64,000 nucleotides of DNA from Macrostomum lignano (GCA_002269645.1 NIVC01001013.1:123142-187141), one strand, 5' to 3'. Counted from the first letter of the stretch, positions 34,322 to 48,030 are shown. Notes: a model not told the origin generated them from the sequence alone. Made by a program: numbers and translations.

Positions 34322-36893
34322 TCATCCCCTGCGACAACAAAAGCGGAGACATCTGCGAGCCAGTCTGATGAAGGCGATGCGAAACTGCTTATTGGCGTAG
34401 GCGTAAATCAGCGAATTGGTGGAGAAGTGCAAAAAGTACAGCAGCTGCGCCACGGACCGCATGACATTGAACTGCAGTATCCGGTATGGAGCCAATGGGT
34501 AGCGGATCAGAGCTACTAACAGGGCCAGGTAGTGCGGCAGGTTTAGCAGAAAGTATGCCAGGCAGAAGATCAGCAACATCCTGGTGATTTGGTACTGCTG
34601 ACGGAGAAGTTCCTTGGCATTGTTGTTCACGTCTGTGTCATTAGCCAATTCCTCTGCTTTCTCGATCTGCGGTTGCTGCTGCTGTTGCTGTGACTGTTGC
34701 TGACTTGACTGATGCCGGCTTTGATCTGAGGAGCTGGCCCCGTCACCAGAGTCCTGTGGTATCAATGATATTGGTTAGTATAAAGTTTCTCAGACATTTT
34801 CAAGTAGTTACTAGCGTCGAAAATCGTCGAATTTTAGTCATCGATGGTTTGAGGTTCAGTTGGCGAAAACTGGAAGTGACCAACGACCAACTTCTTTCAC
34901 TCTCAATTAATTTCCATAATTCTGAGCACACAGCAATAATCGAACAGGCTTTGGAGCCTTGAGTCCTAATTATAACAAGATGTGAGGTAGGATTAGGAAT
35001 AGTTATGTATAGACATGGGACAGAAAGGTTCTTACTTCTGTCTGAATGGTACAGTGCTGTTCTCCCGATGGAGAATGTTGTTTCTGCTGTTGATGTCGCT
35101 GCTCCTGCTGCTGTTGCTGCTTCAGCAGTAGTTCCTGTTGCTGCTGAAACACAAAGCAGGCTTGGTGAGCGCATCTCTGCGCGGGCCCCTGTCGCAGGGT
35201 GGCCAGCTGATCGCGGTCGCACAAGACGGACTCGCGCAGATTGTTCAGCCGGACACGACGGAAGAACGAGCGAACTGCGAAGCATATGTAGCAATTCATC
35301 ACCGTCAGCAGCACTCCGGGTGCGATCGCGCTCACTACGGAGTCCAGAGCGTGCCAGGTCATCTTGGACGTCTGTATTCGGCAGTACTTGCGGTCGGGCT
35401 CCATCTCGGTCACGACGCGGTAGTCGACTAGCAAAAATACGTGAATGCTCCATGCGAGGCCAAGCGCCAGAAAAATGATAACAAGTCGGTACGCCTTCTC
35501 GGACCCGATTCTGGGCGTGTAGGTCGCCGGCAGTATAATGCACATGAAGCGATCCAGACTGATGCCAACCAGCAGCCAGGCGCTGAGGAAGGTTAGCAGG
35601 CTGTATGAGTAAGTAATCACATAGCAACTGAACAAGTTACTGTCGTGCAAGGTTGTGGTGGCAGTGACCAGGTAAATTAGCTGCAGCATCATGTCGTTGA
35701 GTGATAGCAGGCGGAGAACCCTGGATAGGTAGTGCTTCCTGACGGGGCTGTGGCAGAAGACGCGGTAATTAACGAAATTGATGACAACACCGATGCCTGC
35801 CATAATGTTGTTGGAGTAAAGAAGCAGACGGAAAGCACTCAGAAGATAGAAACTGGCTCTGTCGGAGTCATCGGTTCCATTCGTTTTGTTGTCGGCTGAA
35901 AGTTAAAAAAACAGCGATTTCAAATCAATGTTTGATATTGAATGACTTGACTGCACTGCATACATGCCGAGACATGTTAAAGACAGCATTCTCTGTGACC
36001 CATAGGAACTTTAAGGATTTATTTCTCGCCAAGCTTATTATGAATAAATTTATGACCACTCTGTCTTCTGATCTGGCTTGGAAACCGCTTGGATTTCATC
36101 TGCAATAGTACTATGTGTGTATGCGATCCTCAAACGAAAAGAGCATTTTTGTGTCCTGATTTTCTCGTATGACTGTTTATATATACTTCCTTAGAACACT
36201 GAAGATTCTTTACGTGTTCGACGTATTATTGTGTTATATAGTGACCATGACATGACATTTTTCTCCTGAGAAACCCCTTATCTGATGATGCTTTAAAGAG
36301 CCTGCATCACGTTATACGAAATTAACTCGTGCCGCAAACATGAGCTGCTGTCAGATGACCTGAGATACAAATCGGTAGTAATTAATGCATAGCAACTCAT
36401 GCATTCTGAGAAGCCGACGAAGCCGGGAATTACTTTGCATGGGGTTTTGGAATTTCTCGTTCGTTTGCTATCGCGTTAGTCAAATCTGCTATCCTGGAAT
36501 ATGCGGACATTCACCAAGAAGCCATGTGGACAGACATTTTCTTGTGCATAGCTTAGCAGTGGTGACTACTTGAATACAGCCTTGAGAATGAGAATAGCTT
36601 TCTAATAGAAACGGTTGAGTAAGTGCTCATTCATATTACACTAAACTAGATATGTAACAGATTATCGCTGCAATCGCTGCATAACATTCTCGCTCCATTT
36701 CGTCGATGACGAAGATTCGAGGACTTGGACTGACTTATCACTTATCTATCTAAAGTATGACTTAAACCATGAGCATCTTTCTCTTTGAAGAAGGGAAATC
36801 ACTTGTGCTTCAAACTTACAAGCCTAACAGAATAAAGGAAGCAGAAGATTGAAGCACTTGCTCAAACTTACCGATTAAGTCAGTCGAGTCCAT
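34322..36893 (-). CDS. Class A GPCR (FMRFamide/Srw-type peptide receptor-like), 3 exons
   Basis: Predicted exons: 36893-36872 (MDSTDLI, g|gtaagt), 35895-35036 (N-glycosylation [27 protein letters not shown]2 Cys, polyQ ICL3) and 34753-34322 ([34 protein letters not shown]). Splice phases are consistent. Confidence 0.87.
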
Positions 36894-37904
36894 CGCAAAC
36901 AGCGTTTTTTTCAAAAAAGAGGAGACTCAGACTGGGCAACTTCTGCAGCAAATAAGCATGTCAGTGCGGTACTGTTGACTTGCTGTAGGTTTTATGCAGA
37001 GCTCAGCCAATTGGCTGAATTGACCAGCAGAGCTGCCTATCATTGGCGAGTTGAGAAACTGCTATGTACAGTCAGCAATGAGTACCCCGTTTAGACAGAC
37101 CCGGATGCTGATACATTTGAAACGTCCCTGATGTTCTCCATCTGTGCCGTGCTTGGGCTGGACACTGTTCAGTGAAAGGGGTATTGCAATACAGTTTGCA
37201 AAGGTGAAGCATTTCAGCCTGGATATGGTTGGAAAGCACAAAAAATTTATCCAACTCTCAATACCCACCAGCCTAAAAGACTAATCAATAAAAATCCAAA
37301 GAGTTACGAGTTTCAGTTTATAAATTATAGTTCTATCGAAGCAGTGGCACCATGATGTACGAGCTAAAATACAACTTCAGTTTTTTCTGGTCAACATTTC
37401 ATTTGGGGAAGAAAGAAAATGGAATTTATGTGAAAATAGACGAGAACTGAAGGACAGCGGACGTGGGAGAGTCAAAAAGTCCCAGAGTGCGTCAGTTTTA
37501 AAAAGCAAGAGATGCACTTGCAAAAGCTGTGACTCTCAAAACAACACGTGACAAGCATTTACCTCGTCTGCGGCCTTTGATATTGATCATGACAGGGTCC
37601 AGGAAACTGGCCTCTATCCGCATCTTTGTATCCCTTAGAAAGGCCTGAGTAGGCCTATCTGCACAGTAGTATTTCCGTAACAGCCAAGTTCCCTAACAGA
37701 GCACGTCATGTGTCATTATTTCGACTTCCTTAGGTCAATTTCCTCTTTCAACGAGAGCTGTTCAGACTGATAATTAAAACAGTGACAACAAACTGACAAG
37801 CTTCAAAAATCGATGGCTAAACATTTGAAACCACTTCGGACCGAACATGGAAACAGTTTCAGGTCAAGTAGGCTCTGCGAGGAATTCGGCGACATCGTCT
37901 CACA

Positions 37905-38030
37905 ACCAGCTCTGACGGCAATTCTGCCCATTCCGCTGACTCCTGAGCACACAAGCGCCAATGCTGTACGCAGGCGCGCACTCGTACACAGGCTCACACA
38001 GGGTGTACAGCAGCCCTGACTTTCTACTCT
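37905..38030 (-). mobile_element. SINE family A body fragment
   Basis: Reverse complement of the 12550-12660 segment. Confidence 0.7.
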
Positions 38031-38633
38031 TCAGGCTCGTACACTCTGTGCCTTGGGGGTCGGCTCTCGTGGGTCAATTTTGGTCAATCTCCTGGTCAAT
38101 TTTCGTTTCTAATGCCACATGAAACATTGAATTTTAATAAATCACTTCAACCAGATCAGATAAATGTTGAATGATTTATTAATAATTTGATCTATTCTAT
38201 CGTTCATGACTATCTCCTTTGCAAGAGCATCTGATTTGAGTTTTTAAATCATTCAAACTACCTCCAAATGATAAATCGCCTCCAGGCACCAAAACTGATG
38301 ACTCTGTCCAGATAATGGGTGGCATTTCCTTGAGGATTAACTGTAGCATAATGTCCAGCTGGTTCGTCCGCTTTATGTATTGTTTTTTTATGAAAATAGA
38401 GACCAAATCCTTTGGGAAAATATGCTTTTACCAATCAGGGGAGTTTCTACAGGTAGGTAACAAATTTTCGATGCATTAAATTCCAATTTTGCTTTTGAGT
38501 CCACCTAGCAGAGAACATCTTAAGCCAAGCGAAATGTAGCTGTGTATGAAGTATATGGGGCAATGAAAATGGATCGAGATCTCCACACCTGAAATTCCGT
38601 TTGACTGCCTGCTTGCTTCTCAGTGAGTCCTGA

Positions 38634-39287
38634 TTCACTATCCGATAACTAACTAGCAAATCATTCACTATCCGATAACTCACTAGTATGTCATTCACTA
38701 TCCGATTACTCACTAGTATATCATATTTCACTATCCGATAACTCACTAGTATATAATCATTCACTATCCGATTACTCACTAGTATATTATCATTCACTAT
38801 CCGATAACTCACTAGTATGTCATTCACTATCCGATTACTCACTAGTATATCATATTTCACTATCGGACTACTCACTAGTCTATCATAATTCACTATCCGA
38901 TAAATTATTAGTTTGCCATTCACTATCCGATAACTCACTAGTATATCATCATTCACTATCCGATAACTCACTAGTATATAATCATTCACTATCCGATAAC
39001 TCACTAGTATACAATCATTCACTATCCGATAACTCACTAGTATACAATCATTCACTATCCGATAACTCACTAGTATATCATCATTCACTATCCGATTACT
39101 CACTAGTATATCATTCACTATCCGACAACTCACTAGTATATCATGATTCACTATCCGATAACTCACTAGTATATCATAATTTACTATCCGATAACTCACT
39201 AGTATATCATAATTTACTATCCGATAACTCACTAGTATATCATTCACTATCCGATAACTCACTAGTATATCATTCACTATCCGATAT
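38634..39287. repeat. Minisatellite, 30-33-bp unit ATTCACTATCCGATAACTCACTAGTATATC(ATT), ~20 copies
   Basis: Tandem units with 3-bp indel variants. Confidence 0.95.
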
Positions 39288-40009
39288 TTCATTAATTACT
39301 CGTTAAACAAACAATTATTGCCCTGCTAATAAAGTCGGAACGTCCGTTCAAAAAATAGCTCATTTCAAGCACGCATCTCACATTCATGCAACAAACTCTC
39401 TTCTCTTATCTCCTTTGATATTTCATCTCATGTTTGTTCTCATCTCTTCTCTCCTGGATTGCCTTTCCTTCGCTCTCACCTAGCCTGCAGTCATGAGCTA
39501 GATTTTTTATTTGCCCTTGAAGAAAAAAAATTGCCCAGACCTGGGATATGAGCTCTTACACCCTTCAAACTGGTTCTTTGTCTGATATTGGACAAGTCTA
39601 GCTACCCACAGATATTTTGATAAATAACCACCTGACTGCTACCTAGCTATCCTCCATCAAACCCCTTCCTCTTGCCCCCAGCAGCCGCCTACAGTGATCG
39701 ATACACAATAAAATTAGTAAATTTTCACCCCGCGCTACCAGCAGCAGCTTCCGCAAACTGGCGCAGCTACTGGTGATTGCCTGGAGACTCTGTCTGCTAT
39801 TTTAGTATAGCAGAGGCTCATTATTTATTAATGATTGATCAGTTTTCCCTCAGCCGACGGCAATATTGTTTTCGACAATTAAAAAAATTTTCATTCCCAC
39901 CGTAGACTCCCAGTTGCGAGCTGCGGGAAAAAAGTGTGTAAACATGCAGTTTTGCCTCTTCCCGGCGGCCTGTTCATCAATCTTGCCTACATCTTGCATC
40001 GTACCTGAG

Positions 40010-40924
40010 CTCAACTCAACTCAGCTCAGCTCAGCTCAGCTCAACTCAGCTCAACTCAGCTCAGCTCAACTCAACTCATCTCAGCTCAGCTCAGCTCAAC
40101 TCAACTCAGCTCAGCTCAACTCAACTCAGCTCAACTCAGCTCAACTCAACTCAGCTCAGCTCAACTCAGCTCAGCTCAACTCAGCTCAGCTCAACTCATC
40201 TCAGCTCAGCTCAGCTCAACTCAACTCAGCTCAACTCAGCTCAACTCAACTCAGCTCAGCTCAGCTCAGCTCAACTCAGCTCAACTCAACTCAGCTCAAC
40301 TCAGCTCAACTCAGCTCAACTCAACTCAGCTCAACTCAGCTCAACTCAACTCAGCTCAGCTCAACTCAGCTCAGCTCAACTCAGCTCAGCTCAACTCATC
40401 TCAGCTCAGCTCAGCTCAACTCAACTCAGCTCAACTCAGCTCAACTCAACTCAGCTCAGCTCAGCTCAGCTCAACTCAGCTCAACTCAACTCAGCTCAAC
40501 TCAGCTCAACTCAACTCAGCTCAGCTCAGCTCAGCTCAACTCAGCTCAACTCAGCTCAGCTCAACTCAGCTCAGCTCAGCTCAGCTCAGCTCAGCTCAAC
40601 TCAGCTCAACTCAACTCAACTCAGCTCAGCTCAGCTCAACTCAGCTCAGCTCAACTCAGCTCAGCTCAGCTCAGCTCAGCTCAGCTCAGCTCAGCTCAAC
40701 TCAGCTCAACTCAACTCAGCTCAGCTCAGCTCAACTCAGCTCAGCTCAGCTCAACTCAACTCAGCTCAACTCAGCTCAACTCAACTCAGCTCAGCTCAAC
40801 TCAGCTCAGCTCAACTCAACTCAGCTCAACTCAACTCAACTCAGCTCAGCTCAGCTCAACTCAGCTCAGCTCAACTCAACTCAGCTCAACTCAACTCAAC
40901 TCAGCTCAACTCAGCTCAACTCAT
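40010..40924. repeat. Pentanucleotide microsatellite (CTCAG/CTCAA)n
   Basis: Seen directly, ~915 bp. Confidence 0.98.
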
Positions 40925-41009
40925 CAAGCGCTGCCGATATGCTCGAGCAAAAGTTGCGATTTTCACTAAATAGGGAAAAATAGGCTTTAATAAAGCTTGA
41001 AAGATACAT

Positions 41010-41178
41010 TCAACCGCTGGTTTCGCCACAAACACCCTCAATTACCCCAGCTAATGCTGGCACCCATTTTACAGCAATGCAGAGTTAAGTGTCTTGCTAA
41101 AAGACACAAATTGCTCCGACTGGGTCGAGAATCGAACCCCCGACCTTTCAGTCCGACGATCTAACCACTAAGCTGCAA
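41010..41178 (-). mobile_element. CORE-type SINE (family B), internally deleted
   Basis: Shares CCCCAGCTAATGCTGGCACCCATTTTACAG...GCAGAGTTAAGTGTCTTGC and the GAATCGAACCCCCGACC B-box with the 23380-23657 copy. Confidence 0.75.
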
Positions 41179-41466
41179 CCCCTTGTGATGCATGATCAGC
41201 TCATGAATCGCCAAAAAAAGCTATTCAAAGTTAATCTGAAGCATCAAGGATTCATTTTTCAGCTGACTGTTTTGATTTGGTTGACTTGGATGCAGCAGTA
41301 TCCTACAGGTCACTGTCCTAAACTAGCAGACCTTGTAGCTATCTATATCTGTAAAATAAATGCTGTTATTTATACAGATCTCATTCTATACTAGCTACTC
41401 ACAGTAGTATCAGACGTCTTAAGCCATAGCTACGACAGTTGGGAGAACTAAGCACAATCCTAGGAA

Positions 41467-41738
41467 GGGGGCCGTAGCCCAGTGTGGTCTAGCGCGGCGT
41501 TCTGATGCCCCAGCAGTCCAGGCTTGATTCCAAGAGTGCATTAACATGACGAGTAATTCAGGGCTAAATTGGAATCTCTGTTTGGCTCTGCTCGTGCAAT
41601 TAACGGCCTTAAAGGCCAACCCCCGAGGAACTGTGAAGTGTACAGGCGTAACGATAATATGTAACGATTACCGATCATATAACTGCACTTGGAATCGAGC
41701 CTGGGTCGCTGGCATATAAGAGCGCCGCGCTTGACCCA
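41467..41738 (+). mobile_element. tRNA-derived SINE (family C) plus an inverted copy of its head
   Basis: Head GGGGGCCGTAGCCCAGTGTGGTCTAGCGCGGCG...GGCTTGATTCC. The body matches 44984-45168. An inverted head lies at 41684-41738. Confidence 0.72.
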
Positions 41739-42560
41739 TCATTCCTCGTCTGTCAGTATCCCCTGATCATTTCTACGCCATCTCATCATCCCAATAGGTT
41801 CATGTTTTCACTTCCCCGATATAGACTACATATGCCTGTGATCTTTGGAATATCCCTTTCGCTTCTTTGTTTGAAGTTACTTATTTTCCGTATTGGAATT
41901 TTCTATTGTCCTAACTTTAATCGTTTAATACAACTGTTTGCAGGGACTCGTAATTCCAACGGCTTATATTATTTTTGCAGCTAATAAATACTACTTGAAA
42001 TAGTGTTAGAGTCAGCTATAAATTTATTTAGTTTCGAGAAACATATTTTAGCAATTTCCGCTACTGGCCTTCAAAATGGCTGGTGCGAGAGCGAAGAGTG
42101 CAAAAAGTGTCTCTTCAGTAGCCATTTGCCGAGATAATTTCAATTATCGATTATTAATACGTACGAAGTAGACTAGCAGTCTACGCCCCCATAGAATTGA
42201 ATTTAGATTTGAACTTCAGTCGGTCAATTTTTTTTACCTACAGGGATCGCCTATTGAAAGCAATATGAAAACTCGTTTGTCGAATATTTAATCCCCTTAG
42301 CATTGAGCAATTGCTTAGGCACGACATATTTACCAAATCCAAAAAATTCTAATGGAACAGTGCAAGTTTTGTTAAAATCGCTTGAGCCGTTTTCTAAAAA
42401 TCAACCCCATACTGACAGACAAGTAATTTTGATTAAATTGCTGCACTTCAATTCAATAGTTTTATTTGTAAACACTGCAGCGAGCGTAAAGGAAACTGAT
42501 CAGTCCTATAGAATCTTCCTTGATTTTGATCAATTTTGAACCACGTTAACGAATCGTGTC

Positions 42561-42776
42561 CTAATAGTGTGCAAAACTGCAGAGAGAAGCAATTTTTTCC
42601 GATGCCTCATTCCGATTGCACCGTCTAAGTGCCGTTATGACGCAGTCGCCGCAGTCGTCTTCACTGAGCAGCATCGAACATTTACGCAAAATGCTCTCGT
42701 CTTTGCAGCTGGCCTCTACCCGGTGCAGCGGCAGGCAGGTGGCTAACAGCAAGGTCAAGTTGAAGAGTCGAAGCAT
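42561..42776 (-). CDS. Small secreted cysteine-rich peptide (71 aa, 6 Cys), unknown family
   Basis: MLRLFNLTLLLATCLPLHRVEA (signal-peptide-like, A-x-A-type end VEA) followed by SCKDESILRKCSMLLSEDDCGDCVITALRRCNRNEASEKIASLCSFAHY*. An acceptor-like tttgcag lies just upstream of the ATG, and the GC-richer coding island sits in AT-rich flanks. Confidence 0.6.
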   Translation of the reverse strand: MLRLFNLTLLLATCLPLHRVEASCKDESILRKCSMLLSEDDCGDCVITALRRCNRNEASEKIASLCSFAHY

Positions 42777-43439
42777 CTCTGCAAATTGCTGCAAGCAGGT
42801 TGGCAGTTGATTTTATTAACGTAAAGAGAATAAATCCAGTTGACAGGAATTAGGATTAGGAGACACCTTTTTGGTATTATGGTCTCCTTATGCAGGACTA
42901 GAAATTGCTTTCGTGTATATTCTTAGGCTCTGTAAATTTTGGGTACACTGTGGATCTTTTAAAGATTTGACTTTGCAAGCAAAGCAAATTTGTAGCAAGG
43001 AATTTCTGAAATTCTAAACATGAATTTTATTACGTTTTTTAAGTTAAATTTTATCAGTATGCGAGACAGAGCATTATCGATTGACGATTGAGAGGAACGC
43101 AGGAATGACTTTTTATCGGCACTGTAACTGAGGTAATAATTTCAAGAGTACAGTAAGCCAGTAAACACACAGTAAATTTGATGTCATCGACGTCTCCCGA
43201 AATTGTGCTCGACGACGACGTGACCACCGATGTAGTGCCGATCGCAGATGGGCTGACATCACCACCGAGTGACTTCATCAAGCAGGAGCTGATGTGGGCC
43301 ATTTTGCTTTCAGTAGTCCAGTCCGACCGTCTGGAACGGGAAAATTTTAACTAGTCGAAAGTTCGGAAGTGAAGCTTTTTGCGTGGTGGTTTAGGCACGG
43401 TCTTAAATATGTTTGTAAATACATATAACTGGGTGCTTT

Positions 43440-44140
43440 TGTAGCAAACCTTCGTAAGTGTAGCTGACACTCTTAGTGAGCAACAGAGTTAGGAGCATGC
43501 CGGATGATGTGCATTTCAAGGTTCGAATAGCGTGGATCAGGATCGGATTGCTTGCTGGAAATGGAAATTGCGCAGGCAGTCGACCACGACAACGAAGTAA
43601 GCCGTAATCCAGAGAGAGATTAAGATCACGATTGAGGAATGTGGCTTCAGCTTGATGTTTACACGGAGACGAGCGTGTTCCGCTGATCGTCTTTTACCCA
43701 AAGGTCACACGCGTCTTGACATTCTCTGGCAGTCAGCTTAACGGTCGGGTCTGACGTGCTTGACTGAAAGGACGTCCGAATGGTAGGTACGAACCGCAGC
43801 ACCCAGGTGGTGATACATAGAAGTCGAGAGAGCGAAGAAAATTTCTGGTTGTCGATCACCTCCGACAAAGAGACGATTTGTGTATCCTATGAGGCGGTCG
43901 TGACTACCTTCATCGTGGTAGACGTTTCTGTGTGCGACTCTGACGGCTGAGATCGTAAATCTGGAATAAAAAATGGCTGTGATACAAACTTTACTGTCCG
44001 GAGACAGACTGGTCCCGTCAGCCCGAACTCGCGGTTAGCCAGCTTTTCAGGAAGGCATCCCTTGGACAGCAGATCTGAGCCCATGGATTGAGCTCTCCGG
44101 GAACGTGGCTCCTTTCTGACTTAGACGTCTCTAAGCGGAT
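43440..44140 (-). mobile_element. Decayed BEL/Pao LTR-retrotransposon pol fragment (RNase H to integrase linker)
   Basis: HVPGELNP..DLLSKG...LTGP; IDNQKFSSLSRLLCITTWVLRFV...LTARECQDACDLWVKDDQ; GLLRCRGRL...NPILI. These are BEL/Pao hallmark motifs in shifting frames. Confidence 0.82.
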
Positions 44141-44983
44141 CTTTCGTAGTCTATTTGATGACGATAGGTGTACGGAGTCCGCTAGCTAACCACTAGACTC
44201 AGAATTGACCGTTTTATTGGTGCTTGGTTGTTTGCGTCTTGAACAGAGTGAAATGCACTTTGTCGGTATGACTTACAGTACATGTACATCGTCATCACTC
44301 TTCACTGCTTGATATTTTTTTAAGTTGATTTCCACCGACGCATGTTCATTCCGGCAAGTTAGAAAAACTGTTTCATGTATCGAACAATTCCCGTGCATGA
44401 ATATGAATTAAGACTTTGGACTAGGAATAGCTAACCAGCGCAGAAGTTTAGTGCAATCCAGAAATTCAGTTATTGATTAACGTTCGGCTGTATGCTCCAA
44501 GAATGAATTCATGCACTATTCTTTAAAATAGCAAGCCAGTAGGGCAGCTCGTATTTATATATGCTAATAGTATGTCTGTATATATGTATCAGATACATAC
44601 TGAAGAATTAATCTAGAATTCCACAATTATAATCCACATATTCCACAATCCACAATTATTCATAAATCATAATTCAGACAGATTTCTATACAAAAACTGA
44701 TTAAACTGTGGCTGGCTTGAAGCATATTGCAGCTCATAAATCATGCCTTAATTGACGCTTTGACAACAAATACAAACTGAGATAGAGCAATATTAATGAC
44801 AGTAAGTTTTCGTAAAGCTGAAAAATATGAATTGTAGTTCTTGGTTACCTTTCTAAACGGCTTTCGCAAAGATTTTCTTTCAAGCACAGCACTGCTTGGA
44901 AATGGAAAACCCATTTAAAATTTAATACGGAGATAGAAAAACTTTGCTTCATGAAGAAATAGCATGATAAAATTGTGAGTGCA

Positions 44984-45295
44984 GGGGGCCTGTATCCCAG
45001 TGGTCTAGCACGGCGCTCTGATGTTCCAGCAGCCCAGGCTCGATTCCAAGTGCATTCGCATTATTTAGGGGTTAAACTGGAATTTCGGCTTGGCTCTGCT
45101 CGTGCAATTAACACCCTTGAGGACCAACCCCCAAGGCACAGTGAAGTGTACATGCCTAACGATAAATAAAGTTAGGGCCGCTGTACACTCCTGTGTGAGT
45201 GTGTGCCTGTGCGTATGACTGCGTACGTATCCGCGCGCTTGTGTGCCTGCTCAGGGGAGTCGGCGGAATGGGCAGCAATGCCTCTCGCCGGTTGT
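44984..45295 (+). mobile_element. SINE family C copy directly followed by a family A body
   Basis: 44984-45168 matches 41467-41660; 45170-45295 matches 12545-12660. Confidence 0.7.
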
Positions 45296-46492
45296 GAAGC
45301 TGAGATATTGGGAATGCAGTGCTAAAAAAGTGACGACTTCCAATCTCGCTAATGAATTTTGTCTCCTGCCTCAATTGTTCACGATAAACAAACTTATTTA
45401 TATGTTACTGCACTCTCTCACCTGACATTCGACTCCGAGCTTCCGGAAGAACGTAGAGTGCCAACAGCACGGCACCCGAGGGTTGCTGACGCCTTGGAAT
45501 CGAGCCCGGGACCTGGAACCCGGTGCGATGGTACGCCACCATAGAGGCCGATTCACATTACCGCCAGCAGCTCCGCGGGTCAAAGATTGCTCAAATCAAC
45601 GCACAGTTGGTTCAAAACCGGTTTCAAAATTATAATAGTGCACGCAATCAAACAAATGACGGAGTTTAAAGACTTCCTGTCGATAAATACACAATCAACA
45701 ATGTATTTCAATGGACGAAATTAATGAAAATTAACAAAAATATCAATAGCACTTCTACAAACGCCGCTGCATTAAGTGGGAAATCCGAGCGGAATCGTGA
45801 AGAGCGTCACTGCAGGGGCATCCAGTGCAAATGGCGCTTCATGAGGATTAACTTTTGCAAGCAATTTTTCAGGTAAAAAGCACGGAATTGATACCTTTTT
45901 CATAAACAGCAAATGTTCGCAGAGGCAATTCTTTGGAATTTGACTTACTTATCGTTTAAAAAAGTACAAGTTTTCCTTCACTCTGTGACTCTACGAGTAC
46001 AAGTTGGTTATTTGATTTTGAACTAAATCGCAAACTAAAATTAATTAACTTTAACATTTCCCACTGAGTTTGCTAGCCAAAGTGATTTGAAAACTCTGCA
46101 CTCAGGATTTGGGGTAGGACTAATTATTTTGTGCTCGTTTTTTTAAGTGCGAATGCGCAGCAGAAATCAGTGTGCTCAAGCCCTAGTTCAGTTCTTAGAA
46201 AAATAGATCATTTTAAAACGAATTTGCGAGCGAGTATTGAGGCAATTTGGTTGAAATGGGGAATGAAGTGGAGCAGCTTGGCTGATCAGTGGGGCCGGTG
46301 AGTCGATTTGCGGCGAGTGGTCGGCTCTGTACAGCAGCGTGACGAGAAATGCGGCTCAGCTCTTCGGTTGCTAGGCGTTGCTAGGATGTTCTAGAAAGGA
46401 GAAAATCGGATGCTATCAGTATATCTACTGAAAGATTTTGAACACCTGCTGTAGCGACTTCTGCCCTCCTTCAGTTCACCTTGCACTCTTCG

Positions 46493-47181
<689 letters not shown>

Positions 47182-47321
47182 CTTCACTCACTTCAACTCA
47201 ATTTACATTTATGATCGTATAATTTTTTTTTCGAATGTCGCCTAATATAATGTGGGGCCATGTCTACTGTAATTTAGATTAGTTAAACTTATAACTTTCT
47301 CAGCACCTGCCTGCAATTTCT

Positions 47322-47517
47322 ACTGCAGCTCAGGGTGGCTACCCTGGCCTATCACAGCAGGATGAACTGCAGCTCAGGGCGGCTACCCTGGCCTATCACA
47401 GCAGGATGAACTGCAGCTCAGGGCGGCTACCCTGGCCTATCACAGCAGGATGAACTGCAGCTCAGGGCGGCTACCCTGGCCTATCACAGCAGGATGAACT
47501 GCAGCTCAGGGCGGCTG
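47322..47517. repeat. 44-bp tandem repeat ACTGCAGCTCAGGGCGGCTACCCTGGCCTATCACAGCAGGATGA, ~4.5 copies
   Basis: Seen directly. Confidence 0.93.
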
Positions 47518-47639
47518 CCTTGAGGGTTGACGCATGCAAGCAGCCTATTCAACTCTGAACTAACCGCGACCAACTCTTCTGACCTTTCACTAACTAGAGA
47601 TACACTGAAACGCCTTTGGTGACATCGTCTCACCAGAAC

Positions 47640-47885
47640 CGGCGCTGACGGCAATTCTGCCCATTCCGCTGACTCCTTAGCACATTCAAGCGCGCAAATA
47701 CTGTACGCAGGCATGCACCTCACACACACGCTCACACAGGGTGTACAGCGACCCTGGACTTTCTAATTGTCAGGCATGTACCTTCAGGTGTTTGTGTGAA
47801 TCGCACGGCAACCCCCGGCCAATTGTCGCGCACAAGCCGCTAATGAATGTGTCCGGGCACGGAATCGAATCATGGGTCGTGGCGC
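47640..47885 (-). mobile_element. SINE family A copy
   Basis: Reverse complement of the family A body, with a degenerate B-box (GAATCGAATC) near 47862. Confidence 0.65.
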
Positions 47886-48030
47886 AGGTGTCAAATGCTA
47901 TAAACTCTTTGTCCCCAATGTACTAATTAAAGTACTTAAATCTGATAGATAGATTGATTGAATTGTAGATTTTAAATCGATATTGCCTGTAGCTTCATAG
48001 TCTGTCGCTCGCATAGTCTGTTGGCTAGGC

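Noticed and set aside
38447-39292. 281-aa ORF with repeated YRIVNDILVS
   Set aside because: It results from 30/33-bp units that keep frame; there is no independent coding evidence.
39866-40969. 367-aa S/A/Q/L/N-rich ORF
   Set aside because: It is a stop-free reading of the (CTCAR)n microsatellite.
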